Origin: Carcharhinus amblyrhynchos
Lineage: Eukaryota
Direction: 5' to 3'
Length of the DNA stretch: 64,000 nucleotides
Assembly (NCBI GenBank): GCA_965287045.1
Contig: OZ336905.1
Coordinates: 9,672,001 to 9,736,000, forward strand
Both the position numbers and the translations under genes were made by a program. Below are positions 63,913 through 64,000 of the stretch, in pieces. Under the pieces are notes generated by a model, which was not told the DNA's origin, did not search any database, and was given only the letters and a program-made list of their open reading frames with translations. The stretch's first letter is position 1, and every line of letters begins with the position of its first letter.

Positions 63913-64000
63913 AAATGTCAATCTTGCATAAATGTCAATCTTGCATAAATGTCAATCTTGCATAAATGTCAATCTTGCATAAATGTCAATCTTGCATAAA
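63913..64000 (+). repeat. Perfect 17-bp tandem repeat (aaatgtcaatcttgcat), at least 5 copies, running off the window end
   Basis: Directly visible. Confidence 0.95.

Noticed and set aside
63913-64000. CRISPR-like array
   Set aside because: Head-to-tail repeats with no spacers, in a vertebrate intron

Overview
Vertebrate genomic DNA, almost certainly a shark or other chondrichthyan, judging by its HE1/V-SINE-like, DeuSINE-like and CR1 repeats. Two genes face each other tail to tail. On the + strand is a multi-exon GCK-VI Ste20 kinase of the SPAK(STK39)/OSR1(OXSR1) family: coding exons 2 to last lie at 10297-46299, and exon 1 is upstream of the window. On the - strand are the last two coding exons of LIMA1/EPLIN (63284-63151 and 58777-57748) plus its 3' UTR. 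The kinase is a mosaic of SPAK-like and OSR1-like residues and abuts LIMA1, where mammals have no such gene. This suggests a third vertebrate SPAK/OSR1 ohnolog that was lost in mammals. It also appears to carry an extra 69-nt linker exon and a frame-coupled microexon pair. The introns are packed with nested transposons: several CR1 families, L2, Tx1 with a TSD, Rex1/Babar, a degenerate Harbinger, a probable solo LTR, SINEs, MITEs and Penelope-like remnants. Notable among them are a CR1 whose 3' end is a captured SINE and an ORF1-less LINE with a tRNA-like head. All calls were made by eye. Repeat boundaries are approximate, and comparisons with human proteins and synteny are from recall, not from a search.
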